NCBI GenBank assembly: GCA_030752605.1
Contig: JASMDX010000034.1
Coordinates: 6,608 to 70,607 of the forward strand
DNA: 64,000 bases
Source: Alphaproteobacteria bacterium
GTDB lineage: Bacteria; Pseudomonadota; Alphaproteobacteria; GCA-2731375
Reading direction: 5' to 3'
The notes under the pieces are model-generated. The model was given only the letters and a program-made list of their open reading frames with translations, did not search any database and was not told where the DNA came from. A program made the position numbers and the translations under genes. Shown here one piece after another: positions 19,959 to 32,031 of the stretch (positions are counted from its first letter, which is position 1; the number at the start of each line of letters is the position of its first letter).

Positions 19959-20180
19959 CTAATCCAGTCCCTCGGACGTTTGTGTGACCACGTGGGTAAT
20001 TTCGCCGCTTACATCCAGTAAGGGCATCCGAAGGTGTGTGTAGGTCACGACCTCGACACCCACGGCGCCGGAAATAATATGGAAGGCGGGTTTCTTCTCC
20101 TTGGCCAAGTCCGAGAAAGGATTCAGCGCGATGTCAACCATGGGGGCATAGCCGCGCAGCTCGCCCAATTCCCGAGGCAA
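19959..20180 (-). pseudogene. Possible C-terminal remnant of a stand-alone PAS-domain protein
   Basis: 73 aa ending TYTHLRMPLLDVSGEITHVV, similar to the final strands of alphaproteobacterial PAS_5 proteins; no good start. Confidence 0.35.
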
Positions 20181-20185
20181 CCGCC

Positions 20186-20368
20186 CTAACGCAGGCGAAT
20201 AATCATATACTTGATAAAGGCCCGATCCACGGTGGCTTGGGCAGCGCCGCGCCAGATATTAAAGGCCTCGTCGTAACTGGGATAGATGCCCTTTATATCC
20301 AAGGCCGATAGGTCGGTGAATTCGGCCCCACGTGGGTCATGAACTTCTCCGCCCACGACCATGAACAT
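20186..20368 (-). CDS. DUF4170-like small protein
   Basis: 60 aa MFMVVGGE..FTD..GIYPSYDEA..WRGAAQATVD; GAAGG upstream. Confidence 0.8.
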   Translation of the reverse strand: MFMVVGGEVHDPRGAEFTDLSALDIKGIYPSYDEAFNIWRGAAQATVDRAFIKYMIIRLR

Positions 20369-20457
20369 GGGCTGACCTTCCTGATCGAACTCACGCTCAT
20401 CTGATTTTGTTACTGCCATCATTATGGCGGGCGTTATAGCAGGAAATAGTTTCTTGT

Positions 20458-21675
20458 CTATGAAGATCGCCGGCTTAACGTCGGTCTTTCGCGGCGCGGC
20501 AAAATCGATAGAGCCGCGAGGAAAATGCAGCCCGCGATGACGTAGTAGGGCAGTACATAACCGTTGCTTAGCGTCACCAGGACGGAAAAAACCGCCGGCC
20601 CCACGACCAGCCCAAAATAGGTGAAGAAAATACTGCCGCCCGTTGCCGCGCTGACCTGATCGGCGGGCGCGACGCGGGTAATCTCGGCGATGAAGACGCC
20701 ATTCCAGCCGGCGGCTGTGGCACCAGCGGTGGCGGAGACGGCGGCGATGCCCCATAACGGCCAGGAGGCATCCATGTGCGCCAGCATGATGACAAAGCTG
20801 GCGGATGCCATGCCCAGTAGAGCCAGCACCATGGCGGCGCGGACAAACCGGCCGGCCAGCCAACCCCAGGCAATGCGAGCGCCGACGCCGATGCCGTGCA
20901 TGCAGGAATAGGCAACCCCGGCGCTGACCAGATCTAGGCCTACATGGTTCACCAGATATGTGACCAGAAACGCGAACATGCAGGACTGTATGCAGGCGAA
21001 GATAAAGCCGGCCAAGGTCAAACGGCGCAGCCCGGCATGGCCGGCCAGTAGGCGCAACTGGCACCAAACGCCGCCGGCGGATAGGGGCCGGCCCGGTTCG
21101 CGGTCATCGTCCGATTTGGCGCGCAAGGGTTGTACCATGAGAACCGTGACCACGCCCAGGGTGGCGGAGACCATCAGGGCCTCGCGCCAACCAGCGCCGA
21201 CGACGACCCAGGGGATCAACAAGCCGGCCACGAAGCCCCCCAGGGGGGCGCCACTTTGCTTGATGGAGAAGACCAGCGGGCGATCCTTGGGCTGGGTCAC
21301 GCGGGCCAGGATATGGGCCGCGCCTGGCGTGTTGGGGCCATAGCCCATGCCCAATACAAAGCCGCAGGCCAAAATGAGTGGCAGCAGGGTGGTAATGGAC
21401 AGAAACAGGGCGGCGGCGGAGGCCAGGATGCCGATCTGCATCGTCCGCATGGCGCCAAAGCGGGCGGTCAGGGCGCCCATGAACAAGGATACGGGCATGG
21501 CGCCCAGAAACACCAGCGAGGTATACAAACCCACATGTGAGGCGGTGAAGCCGACCTCGTCGAGGAGAGCCGGGGCCAGTACGGGCACGGTCAGGAACAT
21601 CACAGAGGTGATTGTCTGCATCCAGGTGGTGCCGGCGAGGGGCCAGAAAACGTCGCGCATGATGCCGGATACCAA
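20458..21675 (-). CDS. MFS transporter
   Basis: 12 TM segments; FSIKQSGAPLGG and GWNGVFIAE motifs. Confidence 0.9.
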   Translation of the reverse strand: MVSGIMRDVFWPLAGTTWMQTITSVMFLTVPVLAPALLDEVGFTASHVGLYTSLVFLGAMPVSLFMGALTARFGAMRTMQIGILASAAALFLSITTLLPLILACGFVLGMGYGPNTPGAAHILARVTQPKDRPLVFSIKQSGAPLGGFVAGLLIPWVVVGAGWREALMVSATLGVVTVLMVQPLRAKSDDDREPGRPLSAGGVWCQLRLLAGHAGLRRLTLAGFIFACIQSCMFAFLVTYLVNHVGLDLVSAGVAYSCMHGIGVGARIAWGWLAGRFVRAAMVLALLGMASASFVIMLAHMDASWPLWGIAAVSATAGATAAGWNGVFIAEITRVAPADQVSAATGGSIFFTYFGLVVGPAVFSVLVTLSNGYVLPYYVIAGCIFLAALSILPRRERPTLSRRSS

Positions 21676-21745
21676 TACGAAGAATGGGGATGGGTCGATC
21701 GGACGAGCGGACTATAATAGCCTGAAAATCATGAAGGAGAACATC

Positions 21746-22747
21746 ATGAGCGCGGATAATATAGGTGCGGAATACTTCCACCTGAAACCCAGCGGTCTTG
21801 GCTATTACGGCGATGGTTTGACCCGGCCCGAATGCGTGCTCTGCCTGGCCGACGGCACGGTCATTGCCTCGCAGGCCGAGGGCGGGGTCAGCGTGATTGC
21901 TACGAATGGCACCCGCCGCGATATTCTGGGCCAGCGTGTGGACGGCTTACCCCCGGTGATGACCAATGGCTTTGCCCTGAGCCAATCCGGCGACTTTCTG
22001 TTGGCCGATCTGCATGGCGATGGTGGCGGCGCTTGGCGCCTGTCGCGAAATGGCGAAGTGATGCCGTTGTTGGTGGAACTGGATGGCCAGGCCCTGCCGT
22101 CGGCGAATTTCGTCGGCGTTGATCATGCCGGACGCATCTGGATTACCATTTCCACCCGGCACGATCCCCGCGCCCTGGCCTATCGCGCGGACATTGCCGA
22201 TGGTTTCATTATTTTGATCGATCAAAAAGGCGCTCGTATCGTGGCCGACGGTCTTGGCTATACCAACGAGGCCATCGTCGATCCCTCGGGCGATTGGTTG
22301 TACGTCAACGAGACCATGGTCCGGCGAACTTCACGTTATTCCATCAACGCCGACAATAGTCTTAGCCCGCGTCAGACCTTCGTGGAATACGGCCATGGCA
22401 CCTATCCCGACGGCCTGGCCTTTGACGAGGAAGGCGCCTTCTGGATGACCTCAGTGGTTTCAAACCGGGTTGTGCGGGTTACGCCGGACGGGGAACAGCG
22501 CGTCGTGATCGAGGAAAATGATCCCGAACAGTTGGAGATTGTCGAGAAAGCCTATCTGGCCGGCGAAATGGGCCGCTCTCATATGGACAATATCCAGACA
22601 GATGTTATGCAGTCGATCTCGTCCATCGCCTTCGGCGGCCCGAACCGGCGCACGGCTTATCTGGGCAATCTGCTGGATACGAGGCTGTACACCTTTCAAA
22701 GCCCGGTTGCCGGCTTCGCGCCATCGCATTGGGGAGTTCGTTTGTGA
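21746..22747 (+). CDS. SMP-30/gluconolactonase/LRE family protein
   Basis: Start at MSADNIG after AAGGAG; RPECV, ANFV, YTNE and YPDGL motifs. Confidence 0.85.
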   Translation: MSADNIGAEYFHLKPSGLGYYGDGLTRPECVLCLADGTVIASQAEGGVSVIATNGTRRDILGQRVDGLPPVMTNGFALSQSGDFLLADLHGDGGGAWRLSRNGEVMPLLVELDGQALPSANFVGVDHAGRIWITISTRHDPRALAYRADIADGFIILIDQKGARIVADGLGYTNEAIVDPSGDWLYVNETMVRRTSRYSINADNSLSPRQTFVEYGHGTYPDGLAFDEEGAFWMTSVVSNRVVRVTPDGEQRVVIEENDPEQLEIVEKAYLAGEMGRSHMDNIQTDVMQSISSIAFGGPNRRTAYLGNLLDTRLYTFQSPVAGFAPSHWGVRL

Positions 22748-22950
22748 GCAACGATAAAGATCTGAAGATAGCTGTATTTCCAGGTGATGGCATTGGCCCC
22801 GAGGTCATGGACGCGGCGCAGGCCGTGCTGGCTGCCGCCCAAGACAAGGTCGGCGGTTTCCGCCTGATCAACGACCATCACGACGCCGGCGGCAACGACG
22901 GCACGAACAAGTTTGCCAAGACGCTGATCGAATTGTTGCGGGCTGGTTGA
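22744..22950 (+). pseudogene. Internally deleted isocitrate/isopropylmalate/tartrate dehydrogenase
   Basis: 68 aa: N-terminus KIAVFPGDGIGPEV..HDAGG fused in frame to a C-terminal-type tail GGNDGTNKFAKTLIELL. Confidence 0.82.
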
Positions 22951-22953
22951 GGT

Positions 22954-23970
22954 ATGGCCTTGCGGGTCGCGGTTATTGGCGCAGGCTATTTCGCCCAGTT
23001 TCACCATGATGCCTGGGACCGCCTGTCAGGCGCCGAATTAGTAGCCATCGCCGACCAGGATGGCGCCAAGGCCAGTCAGGCGGCGGCGGGATACGGCGTG
23101 CCGGCCTTCGCCGATATTGATGAAATGCTGGATGAAACGTCGCCTGATCTGGTTGATATCGCCACTCCGCCGGCCTCGCATCTGGAATTGGTCAGGGTGA
23201 TATCCGCCCGCGGCCTGCCGGCGATCTGTCAGAAGCCCCTGGCGCCGACCTATGAAGAAGCCGTCGCGGTGGTGGAAACGGCGGAGGTCACCGGCACCTT
23301 GTTGGTGGTGCATGAAAACTTCCGCTTTCAACCGTGGTACCGCGAGATGCACCGTCTGATCGGTCTGGGTCATCTGGGCACCTTGCATGGTGTTACCTTT
23401 CGCCTGCGCCCCGGCGACGGTCAGGGCGCGCGGGCCTATCTGGACCGCCAACCGTATTTTCAGCAAATGGAACGGTTCTTGGTGCATGAGACGGCGATCC
23501 ATTTCATCGACACCTTCCGCTATCTCTTGGGCGAGGCAACCGGCGTCATGGCCCGTTTGCGCCGCCTTAATCCGGCCATCAAGGGCGAGGATGCGGGTGT
23601 CATCATGCTCGACTTCGATGGCGGCCAGACCGCGCTGTTCGACGGCAACCGCCTGAATGAGCATGTGGCCGACAATACCCGGCTGACTATGGGCGAGATG
23701 TGGCTGGAAGGTTCCGCCGGTGTCCTCCGCCTGGACGGTAGGGGAGGGCTATGGTTGAAGCCTCACGGCAGTGCGGAATCCGTTCATGACTATACTTGGG
23801 CCGATGTGGGTTTTGCTGGCGACAGTGTGTATGCCTTTCAGGCCCATGTTCTCGAGCACCTGAACGATAGGGGCGTGTTGGAAAATACGGCGCGGGACTA
23901 TCTGCGCAATCTGGCGATCGAGGAAGCGGTCTACCGCTCTTCCCGGAGCGGGTGCTATGAGGACCTGTGA
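22954..23970 (+). CDS. Gfo/Idh/MocA family oxidoreductase
   Basis: VIGAGYF, IATPP, CQKP, HENFRFQ and ETAIHFID motifs. Confidence 0.9.
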   Translation: MALRVAVIGAGYFAQFHHDAWDRLSGAELVAIADQDGAKASQAAAGYGVPAFADIDEMLDETSPDLVDIATPPASHLELVRVISARGLPAICQKPLAPTYEEAVAVVETAEVTGTLLVVHENFRFQPWYREMHRLIGLGHLGTLHGVTFRLRPGDGQGARAYLDRQPYFQQMERFLVHETAIHFIDTFRYLLGEATGVMARLRRLNPAIKGEDAGVIMLDFDGGQTALFDGNRLNEHVADNTRLTMGEMWLEGSAGVLRLDGRGGLWLKPHGSAESVHDYTWADVGFAGDSVYAFQAHVLEHLNDRGVLENTARDYLRNLAIEEAVYRSSRSGCYEDL

Positions 23971-24872
23971 AGCTTCGGCTCTAGAAAAACCAATAGCAAG
24001 GCGCCGCAGACGACGCTAAGCGCCAACAGCTCCCGCCAGCCAAGGGGATCATCCAGCATCAATACGCCGGAGAAGACCCCCAGGATGGGGATCGTCAGGG
24101 TGGCCAGGCCCGACAGCATGGCGGGATAGCGCTGTACCGCCTTGAACCAAAGGAAATACGGCACCACCTGGGCCAGTACCAGGCCGTACAGAATACTCAG
24201 CCAGGCCTCGGTGCTGATGGTAGACCAGGCCACGTGCGGCAGGGTCACGGTGGCTCCCAGGGTTATTGGGATACCACCCAGGACTAACTGCCAGCCCGCG
24301 ATCAGGGCGACGGGGAGCCGCCAGTCATGGCGCCGGACCGTCACGGTGCCGCCGGCAAAGGCAATCGCCGAAGTCAAGCACAGCACGACGCCAAGCGGTG
24401 CATTGCGCATGGCGGAAAGATCCTGCGACAGCAACACTACCATGCCAGCCAAACCCAGTGCCAGGGCTGCGATGCGCAAGGCCGTAAGACGCTCGCCCAG
24501 AAACCAGACCGCCAATAACGCGGCCCAGAGAGGCATGCTATAGACGATGATCACGGCCCGTCCGCTGTTCATCATCTGAATGCCATAGGCCAGGGAAATC
24601 TGGAAAATGGTAATGTTCAGGATCGCCGCCAGGCCCAGCGGTAGCAACAAATCCCGGGGCACCGCCAAGGAATGTCCCTGCAACCGCAGCACGGCCAAAA
24701 GAACCAAGCCCGCGGGTATCACGGTCAGGGCGCGCAAGGTCCAGGCATCAACCTCCGCCAGGGCGATGGCCAGTATGGGCCAGTTCAGGCCCCATAACAG
24801 ACAGGGAGTACCTAGCAGGATTAGGCCGGCGCCGCCTGTATCCGCTCCATCCGGAGCTTTCGGTGCGGCCAT
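23955..24872 (-). CDS. DMT/EamA family transporter
   Basis: 10 TM segments; WGLNW and FLGERL motifs. Confidence 0.88.
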   Translation of the reverse strand: MAAPKAPDGADTGGAGLILLGTPCLLWGLNWPILAIALAEVDAWTLRALTVIPAGLVLLAVLRLQGHSLAVPRDLLLPLGLAAILNITIFQISLAYGIQMMNSGRAVIIVYSMPLWAALLAVWFLGERLTALRIAALALGLAGMVVLLSQDLSAMRNAPLGVVLCLTSAIAFAGGTVTVRRHDWRLPVALIAGWQLVLGGIPITLGATVTLPHVAWSTISTEAWLSILYGLVLAQVVPYFLWFKAVQRYPAMLSGLATLTIPILGVFSGVLMLDDPLGWRELLALSVVCGALLLVFLEPKLHRSS

Positions 24873-24879
24873 ATGATGC

Positions 24880-25554
24880 CTAGTCTTCGAGGCCGTCGCT
24901 GCCGCGGATCATAGTCAGGAATTCGCGCCGGGTCGCCGCTCTTTCACGAAAGGCGCCCAGCATGCGGGAGGTCGCCAGCGCCGCGCCGGGCTTGTGTACG
25001 CCGCGCGTGGTCATGCATTGATGCGTGGCCTCGATGACCACGGCGACGCCCAGGGGTTGCAGCACTTCCTGGATGGTGTTGGCGATCTGTGCCGTCATTT
25101 TTTCCTGGATCTGCAGGCGCTTGGCATAGACCTCGACCAGCCGGGCCAGCTTGGAAATTCCAACGACCCGATGGTTGGGTAGATAGGCGATATGGGCCTT
25201 GCCGATGATCGGCGCCATGTGATGCTCGCAATGGCTTTCGAAACGGATATCCCGTAGCAGGACCATTTCGTCATAGCCTTCGACCTCCTCGAAAGTACGT
25301 TGCAGAATTTCCACTGGGTCGTCGTGGTAACCGGTGAAATATTCTTCATAAGCACGGGCCACGCGCTCCGGCGTACTGCTCAGGCCTTCCCGGTCCGGAT
25401 CATCGCCGCTCCAGCGGATCAAGGTGCGGATGGCTTCCTCCGCCTCGTCCCGGCTGGGCCGGCGTGCCAGCGAGGCTTGTCGTTCGGCGGCTAAGGTATC
25501 TGCTAGTTTCAGTTCTGACTTCAAGGACTTTTGCTCATTCATGTCATCACCCAT
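24880..25554 (-). CDS. folE: GTP cyclohydrolase I
   Basis: TPERVA, SHCEHH, GISKLAR, RLQIQE and HQCMTTRG motifs. Confidence 0.96.
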   Translation of the reverse strand: MGDDMNEQKSLKSELKLADTLAAERQASLARRPSRDEAEEAIRTLIRWSGDDPDREGLSSTPERVARAYEEYFTGYHDDPVEILQRTFEEVEGYDEMVLLRDIRFESHCEHHMAPIIGKAHIAYLPNHRVVGISKLARLVEVYAKRLQIQEKMTAQIANTIQEVLQPLGVAVVIEATHQCMTTRGVHKPGAALATSRMLGAFRERAATRREFLTMIRGSDGLED

Positions 25555-25613
25555 GTATCCCCTACGGCCAATTTAGGCATCGCGGGCGAAAGGGCAAGGA
25601 CAATGAAGGAAAG

Positions 25614-26249
25614 TTACGTCAAGCCTCCCGCTGTGGTGATGAAATCAACAACTTCGTCCAGGCCCTGATGGGTTTTTAGGTTGGTGAAGACAAACGGGCG
25701 CCCGCTTCGCATGCGCTCGGTATCGGCACGCATGACATTCAAATTCGCGCCAACCAGGGGGGCCAGATCGATCTTGTTGATCACGAGAAGGTCCGAACGG
25801 GTAATGCCGGGGCCGCCTTTGCGAGGGATCTTCTCGCCCGCTGCGACGTCAATGACATAGATCGTGATATCGGCCAGTTCGGGAGAGAAGGTAGCCGCCA
25901 GATTGTCGCCACCTGACTCGATCAAGCAGATTTCGGCCTCGGGAAAGGCCGCGCTCATCTGCGCTACGGCGGCTAGATTGATCGAGGCATCCTCGCGGAT
26001 CGCCGTGTGCGGGCAACCCCCGGTCTCGACACCCATAATGCGCTCGGCGGGCAGGGCGCCGGTCCGGGTCAGGATTTGCTGATCCTCTTTGGTGTAGATA
26101 TCATTGGTAATCACCACCATGTCCCGCCGGCCGCTCAAGCGCCGGCAAAGCGCTTCGAGAAGGGCGGTCTTGCCCGAACCCACCGGGCCGCCAACGCCAA
26201 CTCGCAATGGTCCGTGATCAGGCGATAGGGTAGTCAATTGCGTACTCAT
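25614..26249 (-). CDS. ureG: Urease accessory GTPase
   Basis: [23 protein letters not shown] and NKID motifs. Confidence 0.97.
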   Translation of the reverse strand: MSTQLTTLSPDHGPLRVGVGGPVGSGKTALLEALCRRLSGRRDMVVITNDIYTKEDQQILTRTGALPAERIMGVETGGCPHTAIREDASINLAAVAQMSAAFPEAEICLIESGGDNLAATFSPELADITIYVIDVAAGEKIPRKGGPGITRSDLLVINKIDLAPLVGANLNVMRADTERMRSGRPFVFTNLKTHQGLDEVVDFITTAGGLT

Positions 26250-26929
26250 GATCGAAATAACCTTGTGTATTGGATTTCGTGCAGCATGCTAGCCCACTCC
26301 ACCATGGTGGCGGCGGAACCGAGATCCTCAATGCCGAGAGTGCTGGCCGCCATGGCCGTAGCGATGACGGCGTCTTCCAATTCGGCCTGGGCCATTTGCC
26401 CATCCGTTTGCCCCAGGGGTATCAGACGCACGGCGGCATTGATCAGGTTCGCCAACCAGGCCTGCAAATAGAGATGCAGGGCGGCATTGGTATCAATGCC
26501 GTGGGCGGTACAGGTCATGGCCGTGGCGACGGCCAGGGTGGGCGCTATGTCCGTCTTGCGCAGCAGTTCAAGGCGGGCCCGCAGGGCGGCGTTGGGCCAG
26601 GCTCGCAAGGCTGTCAACAGGAAAAATTCGCCTTGCGACAGGCTTTCCCGTGCCAGCTCTGACGTGCTGATCGAGGCCGCCGCCAACTCCGCTAGTTCAA
26701 GAAAGTTCCCATCGTCCAGCGTTGCTGCCAGGGTGAAGAAAATGGCTTCGCTGCGCCCGGTGCCATGACGTAGGTCGGCCTCGAGCCAGTTGATCAGAGA
26801 GCCCCGGTCATGCAACAATTCCGCCTCGACTGCATATTCCAGGCCGTGGGAGTAACTGAACGAGCCTATGGGGAAAGCCGGTGATAGCCAGCTTTGCAGG
26901 CGCATTAGTTGTCGTGCCTCAGTGCTCAT
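26246..26929 (-). CDS. ureF: Urease accessory protein UreF
   Basis: [18 protein letters not shown] motif and C-terminal [11 protein letters not shown]. Confidence 0.95.
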   Translation of the reverse strand: MSTEARQLMRLQSWLSPAFPIGSFSYSHGLEYAVEAELLHDRGSLINWLEADLRHGTGRSEAIFFTLAATLDDGNFLELAELAAASISTSELARESLSQGEFFLLTALRAWPNAALRARLELLRKTDIAPTLAVATAMTCTAHGIDTNAALHLYLQAWLANLINAAVRLIPLGQTDGQMAQAELEDAVIATAMAASTLGIEDLGSAATMVEWASMLHEIQYTRLFRS

Positions 26930-27392
26930 GGCCATTGCCGTTAGTGTGGTCGCTGGAATGATCATCATAGGCGCCGCCCTCGGGCTGAAATGGTGCGGTG
27001 ATCTCTTCCACCTCCGCGCCCATGCCGCGTACCATGGCCTCGATCACGTGATCGGGCCGGATGCGCAGACGTTCGTTGGTGAGATCCGTGGGCAGATGAC
27101 GGTTGCCCAGATGCCAGACTATGCGCAACAGGGCCAGGGGCGTGGCGCAGCGGATTTGCAACAAAGGCTCCGGCGCGGCCCGGACCGCTAGCCAACGGCC
27201 ATCGCTGATGCGCAGGCCATCGCCATGGGCCATGGCAACCGCTTTGGGCAGGTTCAGGAGAATTTCCTCGCCGCCATCTGTATGCAGGCGAATGCGCCGG
27301 CGGTGACGTTCGTCAAAGGCCAGAGTGACGGCGTCTTCGGCCTGCTCCGATGGCCAATGATCCGCATTGAAATGGGCGATTGCACTTTCCAT
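26919..27392 (-). CDS. ureE: Urease accessory protein UreE
   Basis: Start at MESAIA; RHRRR, WHLGNRH and FQPEGGAY motifs; His-containing tail. Confidence 0.94.
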   Translation of the reverse strand: MESAIAHFNADHWPSEQAEDAVTLAFDERHRRRIRLHTDGGEEILLNLPKAVAMAHGDGLRISDGRWLAVRAAPEPLLQIRCATPLALLRIVWHLGNRHLPTDLTNERLRIRPDHVIEAMVRGMGAEVEEITAPFQPEGGAYDDHSSDHTNGNGHEH

Positions 27393-27403
27393 TCTCCCGC
27401 CCC

Positions 27404-29110
27404 TCAATACAGAAAATAGCGTTGCGCCATGGCCAGAACTTCCGCCGGCTCGCAGGTCAGTAGGGTACCATCGGCGCGGACTTCGTAGGTTTCTGGGTCC
27501 ACGTCGATTTTCGGCATATGATCGTTCAGCACCATCGCGCTCTTGCCGATGCCGCCACGGGTGTTGCCCACGGCCAGTACCGGCTTGGCCAGGCCATATC
27601 CGCTGACGACTTCCTGGCCCGCCTGGGAGACGAAGGTTACGGCGGATGCCGCCTGCGCTACACCAAAGGCCGCGAACATGGGCCGGGTGTATTGCGGTTG
27701 TGGTGTGGGAATAGAGGCATTGGGATCGCCCATTTGCGCCGCCGCGATTGAGCCCATTTTCAGAACCAGATCTGGCTTGACGCCAAAGAAGGCCGGGGAC
27801 CAAACGCACAGATCCGCCAGCTTGCCGACCTCGACCGAACCAACGTGCTGGGCAATACCTTGGGCGATGGCCGGATTGATGGTGTACTTGGCGATATAGC
27901 GCCGGGCGCGCAAATTATCGTTGTCACCCGTTTCGCTATCCAGGGCGCCGAATTGCTTCTTCATCTTGTCGGCGGTCTGCCAGGTCCGGATGATGACCTC
28001 GCCAACCCGGCCCATGGCCTGGCTGTCCGAGGCGATGATGGAAAAGGCGCCTAGATCGTGCAGGATGTCCTCCGCCGCGATGGTCTCCTTGCGGATACGG
28101 CTTTCGGCAAACGCCACGTCTTCGGCAATATTTGGATCCAGATGATGACAGACCATCAACATGTCCAGATGCTCGTCCACGGTATTGCGGGTGTAGGGCC
28201 GGGTGGGATTGGTCGAGGACGGTATCACGTTAGCCTCGCCACAGACCTTGATGATATCGGGGGCGTGGCCGCCGCCGGCACCTTCGGTGTGGAAGGCATG
28301 AATTGTCCGGCCCTTGAAGGCCTTGTTGGTATTCTCGACAAAGCCGGATTCATTCAGTGTGTCCGTGTGGATCATCACCTGCACATCCATCTCGTCCGCC
28401 ACGGAAAGGCAGCAGTCAATGGCGGCGGGGGTGGTGCCCCAGTCTTCGTGTAGTTTCAAACCACAGGCGCCGGCCTCTACCTGTTCCACTAGGGCACCGG
28501 GCAGGGACGCGTTGCCCTTGCCGAAAAATCCCAAATTCATAGGGAAGCCGTCGGCGGCCTGTAACATGCGCTGAATATGCCAAGGGCCCGGCGTGCAGGT
28601 GGTGGCGTTGGTGCCCGTGGCCGGGCCCGTGCCACCGCCCATCATGGTGGTGACGCCGGAGAACAGCGCCTCCTCTATCTGCTGTGGACAGATGAAATGG
28701 ATATGCACATCCAGGCCACCGGCGGTGATGATCTTCCCTTCGCCCGCGATGGCTTCTGTCGAGACGCCGATGATAATATCCACATCCGGCTGCACATCCG
28801 GGTTGCCGGCCTTGCCGATCCCCGTGATGCGCCCGTCCGTAATACCGATGTCGGCCTTGACTACGCCCCAGTGATCCAGGATCAGGGCATTGGTGATGAC
28901 GGTATCGACGGCGCCCTGCGCCCGGCCCAATTGGGATTGCCCCATGCCGTCGCGGATCACCTTGCCGCCACCGAATTTTACTTCCTCACCATAGGTGGTG
29001 TGGTCTTTCTCGACCTCGATGAACAGGTCGGTGTCGGCGAGACGCACCCTGTCTCCCGTGGTGGGACCATACATATGGGCGTAGTCGCCCCGGTTCATTT
29101 TTGCCGGCAT
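27404..29110 (-). CDS. ureC: Urease subunit alpha
   Basis: [25 protein letters not shown] and SDSQAMGR motifs. Confidence 0.98.
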   Translation of the reverse strand: MPAKMNRGDYAHMYGPTTGDRVRLADTDLFIEVEKDHTTYGEEVKFGGGKVIRDGMGQSQLGRAQGAVDTVITNALILDHWGVVKADIGITDGRITGIGKAGNPDVQPDVDIIIGVSTEAIAGEGKIITAGGLDVHIHFICPQQIEEALFSGVTTMMGGGTGPATGTNATTCTPGPWHIQRMLQAADGFPMNLGFFGKGNASLPGALVEQVEAGACGLKLHEDWGTTPAAIDCCLSVADEMDVQVMIHTDTLNESGFVENTNKAFKGRTIHAFHTEGAGGGHAPDIIKVCGEANVIPSSTNPTRPYTRNTVDEHLDMLMVCHHLDPNIAEDVAFAESRIRKETIAAEDILHDLGAFSIIASDSQAMGRVGEVIIRTWQTADKMKKQFGALDSETGDNDNLRARRYIAKYTINPAIAQGIAQHVGSVEVGKLADLCVWSPAFFGVKPDLVLKMGSIAAAQMGDPNASIPTPQPQYTRPMFAAFGVAQAASAVTFVSQAGQEVVSGYGLAKPVLAVGNTRGGIGKSAMVLNDHMPKIDVDPETYEVRADGTLLTCEPAEVLAMAQRYFLY

Positions 29111-29113
29111 CGC

Positions 29114-29427
29114 TTAACCCTCCCCGCCCAGGGCGCCGGCGACGGCGCCATTGAAACCATGCACCTGGCGTGCGCCACGATATGGCACCAACGGCACCTC
29201 GCGGCGTTGCCCCGGCTCGAAGCGGATCGCGGTGCCGGCCGGAATGTCCAGGCGCCGGCCACGAGCGGCCTCCCGGTCGAAATCAAGGGCGCTATTGGTT
29301 TCGTGAAAATGATAGTGGCTGCCAACTTGAATGGGCCGATCACCCGTATTGGCGATAGTCAGGGTGATGACGTCCTGACCCTCATTCAAGGTGATCAGAC
29401 CGTCTTCGGGAATTATTTCGCCCGGAA

Positions 29428-29431
<4 letters not shown>
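29114..29431 (-). CDS. ureB: Urease subunit beta
   Basis: [26 protein letters not shown]. Confidence 0.96.
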
Positions 29432-29745
<314 letters not shown>

Positions 29746-29765
29746 GGGCGGTCTCCTCCAAATGT

Positions 29766-30614
29766 TCAACAGGCCCAGACGCGGGGTAGGGTGCGGCTTT
29801 CGCCATGGATGACGGCGCGAAAGGGAGGCAGGAATGCCTCTACATCGCGGCGCAGGATTAACCCGTCGGGAGCCAAAAAGCGGCAGATCAAAAGGCCGGG
29901 CCGTTCGCTGACGCCAGCGCGGCCGTGGCAATTTTTCAGCAGGCTGCGTGCGGTTTCCAAGTGCCCGCCCGCGTCGGGGGCGACGTAAATCAATGTGGCC
30001 AGGGCCCTGGCGCCATCCAGCAATGACCGGCGTTGGCGCAAGCTTTCGATATCACCTGCCAGCCGGAAATCATCGGCCCAAATCAGCTGGCCATCCAGGC
30101 GCAGACGCCAGCTGTCGTGGACCGCCGCGTCATCAAGCTGCTCGCCACTGGCCAAACGCCCCAGCAGCAGGGAATCCATGGCCAATAAACGGCTGCCGGC
30201 ATCTATCTCGATATAGGTTTGGCGGGCTAGGGCGGCGCCGTTGAACAAGATCGTCTCCTGGGGTAGCCACTCCAAAAGGGCGCCGTTGCTGATTTTCAGG
30301 TGGCTTCGCACCTGGCTGTCTTCGCCGCGCGAGCGGTAGACCTTTTCCGCCGCCTGGGTCGTGGCTGTGATCTGTGCACCATCGCTGGCGGATGTGGCAT
30401 AATCCAGGCGGTCACCGTCGGTAATGCCGCCTGCGGTGTTCAATAGCACCGCCTCGACCCTGCCGCCTGGTATGCGCGGCAGTAACACCCGGCACGGATT
30501 GGCCTGGTAAAGCTCGGATAACCGGGAATCCGGCCCGGTAAATCCGACACGCGCGGCGCCCTTCAGGCGCTGCAATTCTGGCGGTGTTTCAGACCGTGAG
30601 GTAGCGGCGTACAT
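29766..30614 (-). CDS. ureD: Urease accessory protein UreD
   Basis: [26 protein letters not shown] and C-terminal LPRVW motifs. Confidence 0.93.
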   Translation of the reverse strand: MYAATSRSETPPELQRLKGAARVGFTGPDSRLSELYQANPCRVLLPRIPGGRVEAVLLNTAGGITDGDRLDYATSASDGAQITATTQAAEKVYRSRGEDSQVRSHLKISNGALLEWLPQETILFNGAALARQTYIEIDAGSRLLAMDSLLLGRLASGEQLDDAAVHDSWRLRLDGQLIWADDFRLAGDIESLRQRRSLLDGARALATLIYVAPDAGGHLETARSLLKNCHGRAGVSERPGLLICRFLAPDGLILRRDVEAFLPPFRAVIHGESRTLPRVWAC

Positions 30615-31287
30615 CTGTTTCCACCATTTCCGACCGTTGACCCGATAGCACCACTTCGCCCCGTTCCATGACAATATAGCTATCAGCCAGATCGCGGGCG
30701 AACTCGAAATACTGCTCCACCAGGACAATGGACATGTCGCTCCGGTCCCGCAGCAGGGCGATGATGCGCTGAATATCCTTGATGATCGAGGGTTGGATGC
30801 CTTCCGTGGGTTCGTCCAGTACTAGCAGGCGCGGCTGCATGGCCAGGGCGCGGGCGATGGCCAGTTGCTGTTGCTGGCCGCCGGACAGATCGCCACCCTG
30901 GCGCTTTAGCATGTCCTGTAATACCGGGAATAATTTGAAGGTGTCCGGCGGCAGGCGGCGCTCGCTCCTGGGTAGTGCGGCGAAGCCAGAGCGTAGATTT
31001 TCCTCGACGGTCAGGAAGGGAAAAATCTCCCGGCCCTGGGGCACGTAGGCGATCCCCGCGCGCGCCCTGGCGTGACTGGCGGCTTTCGAGATATCCCGGC
31101 CTTCCCATGTAATCTTGCCGCCCTGAATGGCCTGCTGGCCGACGATAGCTCGCAAAAGCGAGGTCTTGCCGACACCGTTGCGCCCCAGCACACAGGTTAC
31201 CTCGCCCGGCTTTGCGATCAGGGAGACGCCGCGCAGGGCCTGAGAGGCGCCATAGAAAAGATCGATATTTTCCGCTTGCAGCATCAA
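30589..31287 (-). CDS. urtE: Urea ABC transporter ATP-binding protein
   Basis: GRNGVGKT, VPQGREIF, LSGGQQQQ and DEPTEGIQP motifs. Confidence 0.94.
   Translation of the reverse strand: MMLQAENIDLFYGASQALRGVSLIAKPGEVTCVLGRNGVGKTSLLRAIVGQQAIQGGKITWEGRDISKAASHARARAGIAYVPQGREIFPFLTVEENLRSGFAALPRSERRLPPDTFKLFPVLQDMLKRQGGDLSGGQQQQLAIARALAMQPRLLVLDEPTEGIQPSIIKDIQRIIALLRDRSDMSIVLVEQYFEFARDLADSYIVMERGEVVLSGQRSEMVETDVRRYLTV

Positions 31288-32027
<740 letters not shown>

Positions 32028-32031
<4 letters not shown>

Noticed and set aside
20186-21067. 293-aa ORF in the track
   Set aside because: It is mostly an off-frame overlap of the MFS gene. Only the last 60 aa form a credible gene.
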